From NCBI RefSeq assembly GCF_036321535.1, contig NC_087436.1, positions 95,420,001 through 95,484,000 of the forward strand: DNA of 64,000 nt. Reading direction: 5' to 3'. The position numbers and the translations under genes were made by a program. The notes beneath the pieces are model-generated. The model was not told the DNA's origin and did no database searches. It saw nothing but the letters and a program-made list of their open reading frames with translations. Numbering within the stretch: the first letter of the stretch is position 1; every line of letters starts with the position of its first letter. Positions 12,179 to 25,326 of this stretch are shown piece after piece. This stretch comes from Camelus dromedarius (Eukaryota).

Positions 12179-14349
12179 CTCTAGAAAGCTGGACAAGTGT
12201 TTACACATGACTGTTCAAATGAAACAAAAGTAGCATGAAAAGTACATGCACTGATTATACCAACACAAAAATCATATCCATGCCTGGATACAGATTAGTC
12301 AGGACAAGGAAGCATTAAAATTATTTCCACAAGGGAAGTAAATACACCAGGTGGATTTAAAAGTGACCTTTCAGAGTGGTCTAGCGTTCACTTACTAGTA
12401 CATGAAATTATTGAAAACTGTCTTGGGGAAGCCAATTGCACCTGCTGCTCCCGGGCTAGACATTAAGAACTTGTAGAGGTGGCATCAGGACATGACAGAG
12501 TAAGAGTCTTATGCTGGCTCTGCAACCAGAACAGCTCCGCGATGTCATGAGAGCCGCTGCAAGTCTCCTGGCCTCTTTTGTCAGTTGATCTCTAAGGTCT
12601 CTTCCAGCTTAAAGGAATGCTTGCGTTTGTCTTCCATGGAGGGCAGGTGTTCAAGGGGCCCATGATGCTATTCTTTGTGGGGAGGATGTAGGAATGGAGA
12701 GATGGGGGTAACTTATCAGGAAGAAAGTTCTGCAAAGTCTGGTGATGACCATGGATTCCAGGAACGAAGAAGGAGAAGTAGAAAGTATTCCTGAGTATGG
12801 AAGAGCTGGTCAGGGACAAGAGAGGGGATTTGTATTCTAGACACCAAAGAGCTATAAGAAAAATTGCATCTGTTTTTGTTACATGTTAGCGATAACTTTG
12901 ATCAGAACCTAAGTGAAACTGCAGACTCAGCTGAGAAAATCCCAGTTCTGCCTGGTTCCCCAGAAACTCCACCCCCTCTCTTTCCGGCCGGCCGGCTCTC
13001 TAGTTACAAGTGGTTCACCGAACACCAGCCCATTGGCTCGTTAATATCGCTTCGGGGTCAGGCAATTCTTCTATGTGTTCAACTATGTCTCTGATGTCAG
13101 GTCATAAAATCATACTTCTTGAAAATCACTTATTCTTGAACATTTCCTCCCTGAATTGATTTTACAGTTATAGCATGTTATCTAAATCATTTCACACTTC
13201 TTTATAAAGTTTGAAAGAATGGAGCGTTTCATCCCATTTCCCTCCTTATATATTTTTCTATTAAACATCACATGGAGACTCATGGAGAAATGCTTCTACT
13301 AGATAAGTGATTTATCATCCACCTTTATGATTTTTGATGTATAATAATTACATATTCACATGCCTTTGATATGCATCATATATACTATGGTGTGCTTTCC
13401 TGTTTATACCTCTATTGTACAGTGAAACAAGGCAAATTACCTGAATCTGTGCCTTTAAAACCCTTTAATGTGCAAAAAAATGCATGAGTTGGTGTGTGTG
13501 TATATGTGTGTGATCTACACATTCATTGAATAATGAGCCATGTTACTAGATGCCATGCCCTGTGGGAGACAGACATTAAAAACACATAGTCCTGTCTGCC
13601 AAGGAGCTTATAATCAAATGAACATGTGCTTTGATCATTTCTGAACAACCCCCACATTAGAAAAAAATTGTGTCCCTAAAATGTATTTTTAAAGCCAATG
13701 GCTCAGAACCCAAAATACTTTTTTCCTTATAAAAATTACACATGTTTAAAAGTTTTCAAGTTCATCCTCCCCAAAATGGCTGAATGCATACTGTTCCCTG
13801 AGTGTAACTGTATTAAGTATAATTTAATTCAGTTTACCAATACATTTATTGCCTACCTTGTGAGGAACTAGACTGCAAAGATTAAGCAAGACCAATTCCT
13901 TGATCTCAAACAGCTGATAGCCTGGCAGTGCAGGCAAACCGGTAAACAAGTGATGGCACCATGGGTGCTAAGTCAGTCCCGGAAACCTCACAGAGAGCGC
14001 TGATTACCAACCTATCAAGTTCTGGGCACCATGGCTTAGGGACAAAACAGGAGGTCTGGAACACATTTTCCACTGGCTGAGCTCTGGTGGTAGAAGAGGA
14101 AGGATCTGCTGCTGCTACTCTTCCGATCTGCTGATCAGGCTGTGGAGAAGCATGAACTCCAAGGTAGTAAGATCATGGCCCGGCGCAAAGGCTGAGGGAC
14201 CTGTCAAACCAGGACTTCCTGCCAGCACGACTCTGCCAGCTAACTTCCTGTTTTCCCCGTACTCTACATCAGGAACCAGGAAGGATAGCCTGGTTTTCTT
14301 CCACTGACAGTCCGTTGCTTTCTCTCCTTTCCTGGCCCACTGTGCGGCT

Positions 14350-15045
14350 AAGCGTAGCCTAAGAAACCCAGAAGAACCTCTCACTGCCTTTGGGATAAAA
14401 TCTAGCCTTCCTTCAGGGCTGGTCCTCATTGCCCTCTCCATCTTTCCCCCACAGGGGCACCCCATCATGTCGTCTTTGCTGCAGCCATGCTCCCTCTGCG
14501 TCCTCCATCCAGCATGCTGCACTCTCCAGTCTTTCCTCCAATCTCTTATTTATGCCCTTCCTTTGGCCTCAAGACTCCCCTTCTACTCTTGGACTGGCTG
14601 AAGCCTAGTCATTCATCATCCTAAGCTTACATGTCACCTCCTTAGAGAGTTCTTCATCAACCTGCAGTGAGGAAGCGCCTGGATGACCCAGCGTGTCCCT
14701 GATCTTAGTCCTCACTGAACTCCCTTCCCTCTTTTCTTCTGTACATTCTCTCTCTCTCCAGAGAGAGAGGGCACAGCCCATCTGTCTGGCTCACCATTAC
14801 ATTCCAGGGCCTGGCCCAAAACTTGTTGGATGCAGGGTGGGCTTCGTGGGTGTGCAGCCAGTGCAGTTGCACAGGGCGTCCCGCTCAGTAAAGTGAATTT
14901 AATGCTTGGTTTAATGATTTGCCATCACCATCTTGGAAACTCTTAGTGATGTTCAACAAGAGGACCCCCCCCCCCATTTTCATTTTGCAGTGGACCTTAC
15001 AAATTGTAAGGCTGATCCTATGGGGATGAATAAATGAATTCATGA
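14350..15045 (+). mobile_element. L2 LINE 3' portion, MER91A inserted in its tail
   Basis: ctcactgcctttgggataaaatc; cttacatgtcacctccttagagag; tctgtctggctcacc..ccagggcctggc; tail aataaatgaa. Confidence 0.7.
14833..15020 (+). mobile_element. MER91A (hAT-Tip100)
   Basis: cagggtgggcttcgtgggtgtgc..gcagttgcacagggc..cttggtttaatg..cattttcattttgcagtgg..aaatt. Confidence 0.8.
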
Positions 15046-16149
15046 ATCTATCTATCTATCTATCTATCTTCACAATTTGTTGAACCCAGGAAATGAAGAT
15101 TTCCAAAGTCCTCATTTCAAACAAGAAAAAATATTTTAAAAGGAAGTTGCAGTGTATACCACAGATATCTTTATGAGTGATTGGGCTGTTTTTTACATAT
15201 TGTGTGTTCACAGGAGAAAAGAGAAGCGATGCCTGAGAGATATGCATTCTCTGTTTTGTGAGAAGTATTTTCATTTAAAATGGCTTTTCATTCAACCACA
15301 ACGTTTATGAATTTTCACAATAATTTACTTTCTCTTGTGCCTGATTCATTATAGTAATTGGAAAGATGGGTCTAACTTCTTTAAAAAAAGTAAGACAAAG
15401 GAGCTGAAAAATTCGTCAGAGTGCATGCTTCCTAGATTTCCACCTCTCTGGGGGCATACCCATCAGCAGGAATATCCCCTTGGGTAGTAAAAGTGATACT
15501 AGAGGAAAGAATGAATCTCAAAGGAAAAAGATGTAAGGTGGAGACATAACACTCATAAACTCAAGGATACCATTTGAGAGAGACATCATCCAGGCCTTGA
15601 GCTTTCAAGGTCTATAAAGGACCTTCTAGTAAGCTTTGTGAGGGCGGCTGGGTGGTCCTCCAGTTCTCTGATCAAGGGTCTCTCTGAACCTTCGCCACCA
15701 CCTCCAGCAGTCAGTGGTTCTATTCACTACCTTTGACTAAGCTAGAAGGCAGCTCTTTGGAGGAAGGAGGTTGGGAAAGTAGACTCCAACAGAGAGGGGC
15801 CTGGAGCTCATTTCTTCTCACTCCTGTAGGTCCAGAGGCCAAGTTCCAGGTCCAATTATGCCTATCACTTGCTCTGTGACCTTAATGATTTCTCATCTCC
15901 AGACTTCAGCTTCCTTGTGTGTAAAGCCAGAGCTGGATAAAGGTTTCACATCATCTATCTTTCCAGTACCCTAAGTCTACACCAAAGGACATTTCTTTCC
16001 CCATCCCTGGGAGCTTGGAACTCACATCTCTGGGTTCTTCCTCACCAGATCCCCATTTGCCATCTCCTGACCCTTCATTCTTTCTTGGTCGTGCTGTTGT
16101 TTCCATCCCCATGTCCTACTGAATCATCTCCCCTCGCTCTCCACACTTT

Positions 16150-16480
16150 CTTGAGGTACCTGCCCAATGCCCTAATGCCTACTCATCCTTCAAGGCATTA
16201 AATTCCACCTGCCCAAAGCTCTCTTCATGTCGCCCTCCAAAATCCCACACTCTACCTAGTCCTGTCACATGTCCCATGTGTCCTCCCAGCCAGTGCCTCC
16301 ACTGTTCTAGCTCTCGTCCCACTTCAGCGTCATTGTTGGTTTCCTTGTTTGTTTCCCTCAGGAGTCCCAGAGTTCTCTGAGGGCCTGGACTGTGCCTCTT
16401 CAGCATATGGTACAGTCAGTGGGACATAGTAGGTGTTCAGTTAAAGTTTGTAGAATGAATGAGCCAGTGAAGGAAGGAAT
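16150..16480 (+). mobile_element. L2 3' end
   Basis: cctactcatccttcaagg ... ggacatagtaggtgttcag..tttgtagaatgaatga. Confidence 0.7.
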
Positions 16481-17149
16481 GAAGACCTCATCATCCCCCA
16501 GCTGTCTTTTAGAAGCAGCACTGCACTTAATCGGGCCTCGTGGAAACACAGTGCCTTAATGAGGGAGGTCCAAGTGGTAGAGATTTGTGTAGTGGGAAAC
16601 AGGGGTCTCTGCCACTCAGCTGGACCTACTGCTTGGTGTAGGCCATTGGCCCAGCTCACAGCATAATTGTGGGAGCAGCAACAGGAGGCATTAGGAAGCT
16701 GCTTGGGTTTTATTGACCTTGCCCACATTTACCAGACATTCTCACCCTGTCTTATTGGTACTGGCAGTAGGAAGTAGGGGAGGGGAGCAAATATCCCCAC
16801 TCATTGTAGCTCCTGCCAGGTTGGCACAATTCCTCCGTCAGAGGTACCCAGGAGTGTACGTTAGAGACATGATCCCCAGGCTTGGCTGGGAGAGTGACGT
16901 AGCTGACGGAGTCATGTATTTAACAGACACTCTCTGACAGGTGCAGTGCTGGCACAGAGACAGGAGAACCAGACATGATACCTGGCCTGGCCTTGAGAAG
17001 CTAACTGTCTACTGGGGGAGCCAGAGAGGGAACAGAACATTACAGTGGAATGACAATTAGGTAATGGTTTTATTCCCCCTTAGGATGTGAACCGCTAAAT
17101 CAATCCAAATTCCTACTTTTATGGAAATGGAAATCTCAAGCCAATATTA

Positions 17150-17350
17150 AGAATGTTATAATTAAGCAAGCCCTTTATACCCACGATCTTTAGCCCTCCC
17201 AGAAACCTCATGAGTTACATATAATTGTCCTCTTGTCAGATAAGAAAACTGAGGCTTAGAGAAGTTAAGCAATTTGCTTGAAGTCACTTAGTTTTCATGG
17301 GGGTCTTGGGATCTGTACCATCTAGATCACTCTCCTAATTCTACTCCTGG
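17150..17350 (-). mobile_element. MIR SINE
   Basis: cagataagaaaactgaggcttagagaagttaagcaatttgcttgaagtcac. Confidence 0.75.
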
Positions 17351-19974
17351 ATCTTTCCACCCTCCAAAAGCCCTGGTAGTCTGGAAGAAATGCTAAGGCA
17401 CTGCTAAGTTCTCGAGGTGCTTTGGAAACGATCAGGAAGATGATTAGACTCAATATATTTAAGTTATAAGAATGTTTTTCAGTCTTTGAAAGTTAGAAAC
17501 CCATAGAGGGCATGTGACATCGTAGAAAGGTCCAGGCACAAGGGTGGGAGGCTCCAGCCTGGGGTGGGGACACTGATTGGGAGGGAGGTGAGATGAGATG
17601 TGGAGCTCCTCTGGGCAGAGGGCGTGACCTGGGGTGCTGCTCCAGCTGCAGAAGCCAGGCTGGGAAAGGAGGTGGGATGGCCCAGGCACAGTGGGTCCAA
17701 GGACAGTGCAGGCTCCGGCCAAGTCTAGACCCGTGTCGGCACTAATGGGCAACAGTGAGCGCAGTTCAGCAACGGGGAGTCAGCCCGGAAACTAGCAGCC
17801 AGGGTGTGGCCGAGGCCGAGGCCAAATCTGAACACAGACCTGCCTGACCCTCCTCCCCCAGCATCAGGTGGGCAGCAGTGTTCCACGGGGCCCCAGGACA
17901 CCCAGGGGGCAGCTCTGGTTCATGAAGTCCCGTGGTATATCCGAGGCCACTGACTTCCTGCCCCAGCCAGAAACAGAGGCGTGCCTGGGCCTGCAAGTTG
18001 ATGGCGCCAATAGGAGAAGTAGCCCAGTGTAGGCAAAGGCCTGGGAAAGGAGGGAGGGCCTGGTCGTAAACGCGGTAACTTGCAATTAAGTGGGCAAGTC
18101 AGTTACTCAGAAGACCACATTCCTCGACCATTCTGAGATGAATTTACTGTAATTTCAGATAAAAACAAAACTTTCAGAGCTGACACTTAGACACTCGAGT
18201 CAAGGTTGGTTTGTGTTTTTCTACAGTTTCAATATAATTCAGCACTTTCACTTTGTGAAGAGAGACCTGACCTTTATGTGGTCTGCAGAATGCTGATTCA
18301 ACATCAGGGTAACCAGTGGTGCAATCATGACATGAAACAAGACTGGTGGTTGTCAGGGTTTTTAAATCTCCTGACTTGGGCTATCCCATGAGCTCTGAAA
18401 ACTCTGCCTTTATCAGAAGTTAGAGCCTGGTTGAAGCAGAGGGCTGGGTGTGCATACATTCACATGAAGCCATCCTTTTAAAAAGGATTTTGTTGTACTT
18501 TATAAGGGGTGGACTAGAGTGCTGATTTAGCTTCCGTCTTTTCCTCTTTTCCTATAGTCGCTGGCAACTCAGGGGCTGATGAGAAAAGAAAAGGGGAAGG
18601 AGAGAGAAGAGGAAGAGGGTATGGGGAAGAGGGAGGGCCTGCAAGGAAGGCCCATTTTTCCTTTCTTGGAAATTTGTGTTAATTTGCAAAACGCTAACGA
18701 GATTCTCCTGGAAAAGAAAAAAACCAAAACGCTTGGGTTCTTCTCATTGCTGGTTTGTATCATTTTTATCTGGCTTGATTTTATGGTTTCTCTGGAATCA
18801 AACTGGGAATTGAATTATTCCTCAGGTGAAAAACAGACAAAATTCTCCCATCTTCTCCACACCCCATACAGCCTTCACCCCCTTACCCCCACCGCACTTC
18901 AAAGCACCAAATTGACGTGTTTGACATAACTTATCGTAAATCAGATCTGCTGTGTACACCAGTAAACAGTGCCAGTAAGCCAGGTGTAACCGATTCAGAT
19001 TTTTCAGCCTTGACTTCCAAGGGTGAGTACAAGTATTTGCTGACAGATGGGGGAAAGGACGAGGCACGGGTGCCGTGTGCACACGCTTTCAGAAGATGCG
19101 GGACATCGCTCGGGTCTGGGATGAGGGGAACCCAGATTCAAGGCTGCCCCAGGGCTCTTCAGGGTCAGGCTTGGTGGAGCCAGATAGGGGCACATCTTAG
19201 AATTGCCCATGGCCTCAGGGTGCTCCTGGGGGGTTCTTCTGCGAGAGGGGAGTGAACCCTGGTGCAGGTAAAAGGGGGAGATCTGAGAAGTGACCTGTTT
19301 CCTGGCTGATGGGACCTAAGCCCAGGCAACAGGTTGAAGCCCTCAGCAGCAGCCCCTGATCTGAGTCCTCTAACATGCTCCTGACACCTGCACCCCAACT
19401 CTAGTCCTTGTCCTAGAAACTCGATTCTTCCCTGAATCCTTGTTTCATCCCTTGCGCCGCGTATACAGCTCACTGATGCTCCTCCTGGCTGTCGCCCTCA
19501 GCTGCTGCTTTGGTGCTGCTAGTTTCCCTTCCTCCCTAGTCTCCACTTCTGTGCCGTCTTCCTTTCCAGCCCCTCACACTAGCCAGACCCCACCTTGTTC
19601 CTCCCTCCAGCTGAGTCCTTTAGGAGCAGGTATATAGGTCTGTGGTCACCAGATCCCCTCAATCATTACCCCTCCACCAAAGGTGTAACTCATTTTCTCC
19701 AAAAGGAAACCCTTCGATCTCTTTACACAGCATTTTCCATAGTGTGCTCCACCATACGATCTGTGAAAACAGAACGCTACAGTCAAATCACGCGATCTCC
19801 CTCACCTGCAGATTCTTTTTAACATATTAAAGACATGCTGTTAGTAAAGAAAGTTTTGCTCTGTAAATCTGACTGTGGAGTTGTTTTTGCCATCGTTGCC
19901 GGCATCTTGCCGGGTGTTCGGTGGTGCCCGCTTTGGGAAACACTGCCCCTACTGCTGCCCGGGGCGGTGCGGCA

Positions 19975-20180
19975 TGGTGGCTGAGGGCCTTATCGGGAAC
20001 CGCACTGCCTCTTAGTGGTATCACCTTGGGTGAGTTACTTAATCTCATCTTCATCTGTAAAATCAGGCTGATCATAATATATTGCTTTATAAGGGCACAA
20101 CGAGATCACTGAAGCAGGAAGTGCTTAGAACAGTAACTAGGTTATATCCACTCAATAACTGACATTCGTTATTATTATTT
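19975..20180 (+). mobile_element. MIR SINE
   Basis: accttgggtgagttacttaatctc..tcatctgtaaaat..aagtgcttagaacagt..ctcaataa. Confidence 0.75.
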
Positions 20181-20895
20181 TTCGTGTGTCCTTTTGAGCC
20201 ACCTCCAGTTCTGTAGTCGACAATGTCTTCAAGGTGCTTTTTCTTGGCAATGACTGACACTCTGGGCCAGCCATTCTGTGCAAACATTTTAGATAATTTC
20301 CTAATAATTTATGATTTTACTTATGTATACAATAAAGCCTCTTTGCCATATTTTTGCTCACTTCTGCAACCTCAGGAGGTTTTCCTGCACTTTATTTAGT
20401 CACTTGACTAGTGCCTCAATTTAAATGAAATCTCCATGATGGTTGGGGATAAAAATCAGCTTGTGTCTCTCCCACACAGATGGGAAATGATGCAGAACAA
20501 GACAGTCTCTAAAGATACAAATAGTGCCCTTTCTTTTGGGAGAAAAAATGACTTATTTTTTTTTGTACCTATGCCAAAGTCTGGGATAAAATTAAGTTAC
20601 TCTTTGTTTATTTCCTTTTTCCCTTGTTATCTCCAACTGTCTAGTGACTCTACCCACACTGAGTGAAGCATCCTTTCTTCACCCAGAAGTTGTAGCTCAA
20701 AAGAGTAAAACACCTTTCTTAGGAACAAACAAATAAATAAACAACCCCCTCAAAAAAGCCCAAACTTCTCAGAGAATAAATTTTAAAATGTATTTTATTC
20801 TTAATTACAAAGTAACACATCAATATATTCTCTCACAGATGAACTTAATGTCCCCATGACTATCAACTCAATCTCAGGACACTGAGTTTGCATGT

Positions 20896-20904
20896 ACAGA
20901 CACA

Positions 20905-20935
<31 letters not shown>
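20896..20935. repeat. (CA)n microsatellite
   Basis: Seen directly. Confidence 0.95.
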
Positions 20936-20938
<3 letters not shown>

Positions 20939-21148
20939 TCTTGTATTTGCTTTTAAATAAATTGCATACAATTGATTTTTCAGCATATACTCTTTGATTA
21001 AAAAACACCTTTCGTATTGATTTAAGTGATTCATGTGTTAGCCCTTACCGTTCACAGCTATAACTTCATCCAGTAAAACACATTCCAAGTACTAATAATT
21101 GATACCATTAATATCTGTGACAACCTTTTCTTATTAGATTGCATAGGT

Positions 21149-21324
21149 CAGTTGTTCTCAAACTTCGCTACATATTAGACTCACCAGGAAACTTAAAAAT
21201 AGTCTTAATATCCAGGCTTCAGTCAGGGCCAATGAAATCAGAATTTCTGGGGGTGGGTGGAGGCATCAGGAGTTTAAAAGATGACCAGGTAATGTCAATG
21301 TGCAGCCACGTTTGAGGACCGGTG
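21149..21324 (+). mobile_element. MER5 (hAT-Charlie MITE)
   Basis: cagttgttctcaaactt..aaatcagaatttctgggggtggg..aatgtgcagccacgtttgaggacc; palindromic element, strand nominal. Confidence 0.8.
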
Positions 21325-21804
21325 GTTTAGGAGAGATCTGGTCCTGCCTCCTCAAGCCTGATTCCTGGAGACTTCTCCTTCAAATCCACATTTAGAGAGG
21401 GTCTGAATTCATCGTTCATCCAGGCTCCCAGGTATGAAACTCCATCTGCTCAGGCAGGTCAGGGGAACCTGCCCGTCTCTCATGGCCACCACCAAAAAGA
21501 AAAGCTGAGAAATAACTTTTTATTGTCATTTCTTCTCTGATAATTTGGAAGTATTGTTGCAGGTTTCTTCAGAGCCATCAAGAGAACTTTAGGGAATAAT
21601 CTGGGATATCTGTGGAGGTATTTCTCCTTTTAAAATTTACATGTCAAAGGAGATTTGTTTTCCAGAACTCCAGGGTAAGTCCATAGACCTATTCATTTAG
21701 ATGCTGCTTTGGTGACAATATCATGGATCACAAATAGCACTAAAGTACAGAATCACAGATGCCCAGCTTGTATAGGGAATGAAGGGGTAATGATGTAAAA
21801 CACT

Positions 21805-21935
21805 GGGGGGATGGGAGTTAATTTAGTTTATTTATTATATTAATTTATTTTTTTAATGGCAGGACTGGGGATTGAACCCAGGACCTCGTGCACACTAAGC
21901 ATACACTCTACCACTGAGCTAAACCCACCTCCCCT
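21805..21935 (-). mobile_element. tRNA-Ala-derived SINE (camelid vic-1-like), standard short form
   Basis: Minus strand: ttagctcagtggtagag (A box) .. cttag .. gaggtcctgggttcaatcccc (B box), A-rich spacer, ctaaattaactccc tail. Confidence 0.85.
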
Positions 21936-22805
21936 CAGCGCGGTTTAAATTTCAGTTACATTCTGCATTGACTGTGGGCAAAACTTTGTGCTAGCCCTTT
22001 AGTCTACAAACCCCTACATAAGTAACATGTGCAGGACGATCATGAATAATCACATCACTTCTTTCAAAGTCTGTGGTGATTGGTCATGGGCATCTGTTAT
22101 GAAGTTCACACACAGACAGCAAAGTCTGTAGTCATGTTGCTTCCTTGTCTCCCAGTGATAAACTCATATGACAGTTCTCAAAAATGGATAGTCAGAAGAA
22201 GGAATTGGCCAACACAAATGAAAGTGAAGTAAGAACACAATAACAAAAATAATACTGGAAGTGAATTTGAATTGCACATAAACAGAATAGCTGAAGGTGA
22301 GAGGTTAGACAGGCAGCCAGAGAAACTCAGTGAAGGTGAATTTATTGGCATAAATGAGGAAAGTGGTTGTGATCAAAAAGATGACTGAAGATTCCTGAGA
22401 AGTGATGCTAGCAAAACCCCCCACGTTCAAGGAATTCTCAGATGTCTTTTGTAAGATTGAAAATGCAAAGGAAGAAATGTTGGAAGATGATCCACACTTA
22501 GAAAGGAGTACGACAATTTGCCAAGGCGTGCGGAAAAAAACGCTTGCTCCAAATCGTAAGTTACATGATAAGGAGACAAGCCCCGTTCACACCATCGACT
22601 AAAACAAATATTAGTTTAATTATTGTTTTTCCCTATACATTTATAGTTGACACTAAATGTTTTTAAGGTTTTAACAAAAATTTTAAATATCAAAAAACCA
22701 ACACAATTTCCCATTGATTATTAAGGTTGCTCAGCACAGTTTCATCTTGCACAGTCATTTTTATGGTCCCGTGCTACCATGCAAAGCCTTCACTTCCAAG
22801 CTGTA
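21936..22805 (+). mobile_element. Tigger (Tigger13a-like) TcMar relic with a transposase C-terminal remnant
   Basis: ORF 22402-22602 (FKEFSDVFCKIENAKEEMLEDDPHLERSTTICQG) resembles Tigger transposase C-termini; end motif ttgcacagtcatttttatggtcccgtgctaccatgcaaagc. Confidence 0.75.
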
Positions 22806-23160
22806 CGAAAGTGAACTTGTAGTTGAGTGAGATTAAATGTAATCAACAGGAAACTTGGCTCCTCCCTCTGCTACTTCCGGAGAAAGCAAACGTGAACACC
22901 TGTGCCCCTCCAAAAGCCACATGTGAGAGGAACCCATGGAAAACTGCTTAGATTCTATCTGAGGTTTAGTCCTTTCCAAAGAATTTCGTTAAGGTCTGTG
23001 CTGTGAATGATTACATCTGTTTCTGCAGAACCATTTGCTTCCAGAATTGCAGGCAGGATTTGGCGAGACTACAAGCGTAAAGCACTTGCGTTATGCCTGA
23101 TATGTAGTAGGAGTTCAGTAAATGATCATTATTATTCTCATGAATCTTGTTGCTTGACTC

Positions 23161-23256
23161 TGTGGTGACCAATTGTCCCGTATGCCCAGGAGCCACAGGT
23201 TTCCCAGTGCTGAAACTGGGAGGCACCCAGGCAAACCAAAATGGTTAGTCACCCTA
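23161..23256 (+). mobile_element. MER81 (hAT-Blackjack MITE)
   Basis: TIRs tgtggtgaccaa / ttagtcacccta; cagtgctgaaactggg; TSD cttgactc / tctgactc. Confidence 0.75.
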
Positions 23257-23639
23257 TCTGACTCTAGATCTAGGCTAGACAAAATAGTGACATTATTGCA
23301 AGGAATTTAGCAAGTAATTGGAAGAGAGAAAATTCCCCATGTACAGTTTCTAGATTAGAAATTTAGGGGTAGAAAAGATGTCACGGCCCATGCTCCAGCA
23401 CCACGCAGTAGGGTCTATAATCTGCCCCATGCAGATTCTGTCTTTTAAAGCTTATAAGGGAAGAAAATAAATAACGTGTTCAGTTGATATATTTCATGCA
23501 CCAGTCACTGTGCCAGAGGCTGAGCAAAACAGTAGGCAAATGAGACTCTCTTCCAACTCTATGGAAGCTTACGTTTTAGAGAGACCACCAGTTATATGTA
23601 CCATGAATTACCAAGAAACCACTCTCTTCAGAGAACTGA

Positions 23640-23790
23640 CACTATCAAGATGCTTTAGACATGTGATCTTACTTAGTCCTCATGGTAATCCCAACGAGGT
23701 ATTATTATTATTAGTCCATTTTACAGGTGCGAAAAGTGAGGTTCAGAGAGGCTGAGTTGTGCAAAGTCACAAAGCCAGTAGGTGTTGTAA
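23640..23790 (-). mobile_element. MIR SINE
   Basis: ccattttacagg..gaaaagtgaggttcagagagg..caaagtcac. Confidence 0.75.
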
Positions 23791-23807
23791 TTGATCTCAG
23801 GACCCAG

Positions 23808-24010
23808 GCTAAGAGCATGGGCTCTGGAGTCAGCAAGTCTGTGCTTGAGTCCTGCTATCCACTGGCTTGTTGCATGACAAATTGAGCCGCCATTTCCTCC
23901 TCTGCAAAATGGGACTAATAATAATATCCATCTGTGGGAGTTGTGAAGATTAAATGAGAAATGCACTGAGATGTGCTGGACACGTAGTAAACACTCAAGA
24001 AATATTATCA
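23808..24010 (+). mobile_element. MIR SINE
   Basis: aagagcatgggctctggagtcag..tttcctcctctgcaaaatggg..gttgtgaagattaaatgag..gtagtaaacactcaa. Confidence 0.85.
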
Positions 24011-24468
24011 CCACCAAACCAAAGCCCATGTATTTCCCCCATAGCAGGTGGCCTCTTCCGCTTCTAGGCAAATCCTTAGGGGAAGGAGAAATTAATGAAA
24101 TGCTTCCAGAGTTCAGAGATGAGGATGATCAATCAAGGCCTCTTGCCACGTTGGAACTTGATCTTCATGAATGGATAGACTTTCAGTAGGTTGAAGCTGG
24201 GGTGGGGAGACTATTCCAGGCAGAGGGAAGGATTTTAGCTGAGGAGAAAGGAATCAGGAAAGCACAATGAATGGGGGAATGGTAACTACTGATGGTTAGA
24301 GTGTAGGTTTCTTGTAAGGGACGGGTGGGGATGAGGCGGGAATAAGGGAAAGCCTCACAACCCAGGTGGTGTTCTAGAAGGCATGACATGAACCCTTCCT
24401 TCATAAGCTGCTTCCACTGTCTTCTCAGTTCTGGGCTCTCAGTGGGCATCCATCAAGAACTGCCTCAC

Positions 24469-24611
24469 CTGCGATTTCTCTTGCCTGGGGCTGCTCCCCA
24501 TGACCCTGTGGATTGCCATCTCGTCTTCATCCCTCTTGCACCATGTGCTGGAACCCCGGGCTTGCATTCTACCCCCTCCAGGCTGTTCTCAGATGAGTCC
24601 CCAAGCCCCTG
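24469..24611 (-). other. Candidate spliced exon (143 nt) of an unidentified transcript
   Basis: Minus strand: branch ctaat + cctctgccccatcctgtcag| acceptor (NAGNAG) and gcag|gtgagg donor; one frame open. Confidence 0.35.
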
Positions 24612-24984
24612 CTGACAGGATGGGGCAGAGGATTAGGCTGTCTGGAGAAGGACAGGCACAACAGCACTTGTGTCCAAGATGGACACATTCCAGGCTTTCT
24701 GGCTTTTCTCTAGAGGACTAAATCAAATCAAAACAAAACACAACACAGCAGCCTGTGGCATGTATTGGAGGCATGTATTTCTCAGAAGGTCTGTTTCTGA
24801 AAAGATGGTCCTGCATGCTCAGAGGAGATTTAGAAGGATGAGCTTTTATTTCTAGAAAGAGGGGATTACGTGGGGGGAAATCTCTGGAAAGGACAGAAGA
24901 AAAGGCACAAATGCAGTGTTCGACATGGAGAATAACTGCTTTCTCCAGCAACATGGGCGGAAGGAAGCTGTTCTGCACGGAGGG

Positions 24985-25326
24985 TGCTATGGGCTGAATT
25001 GTGTCCCCCAAAATTCAGATGCTGAAAATGTGACTGTATTTGGAGATATGGTCTTTACAGAGGGAATTCAATTAAATGAAGTCATTTGAGTGGCCCTCAT
25101 TCACTGACTGTTGTCCTTATTAGAACACAGACACAGGGAAGAAAGCTACCTAGAGGTGAGGCGAGAGATGGCCTTCTACAAGGCAAGGAGAGAGGCCCCA
25201 GAAAAAAGCAACTCTGATAACACCTTGATCTCAGACTTGTGGCTCCAGAATTTTAAGAAAATAAATTCCTGTCACTGAAGCCATGCAGTCTGCGGTCCAT
25301 TACAGCAGCCCCAGCAAACAAACGTG
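24985..25326 (+). mobile_element. MLT1B-type solo LTR
   Basis: tgctatgggctgaattgtgtccccc .. aataaa .. gcagccccagcaaac; 5-bp TSD gaggg (24980-24984 / 25327-25331). Confidence 0.88.

Noticed and set aside
22402..22602. Transposase-like ORF as a domesticated gene
   Set aside because: Short C-terminal remnant within an internally deleted Tigger, with stops upstream and no DDE domain
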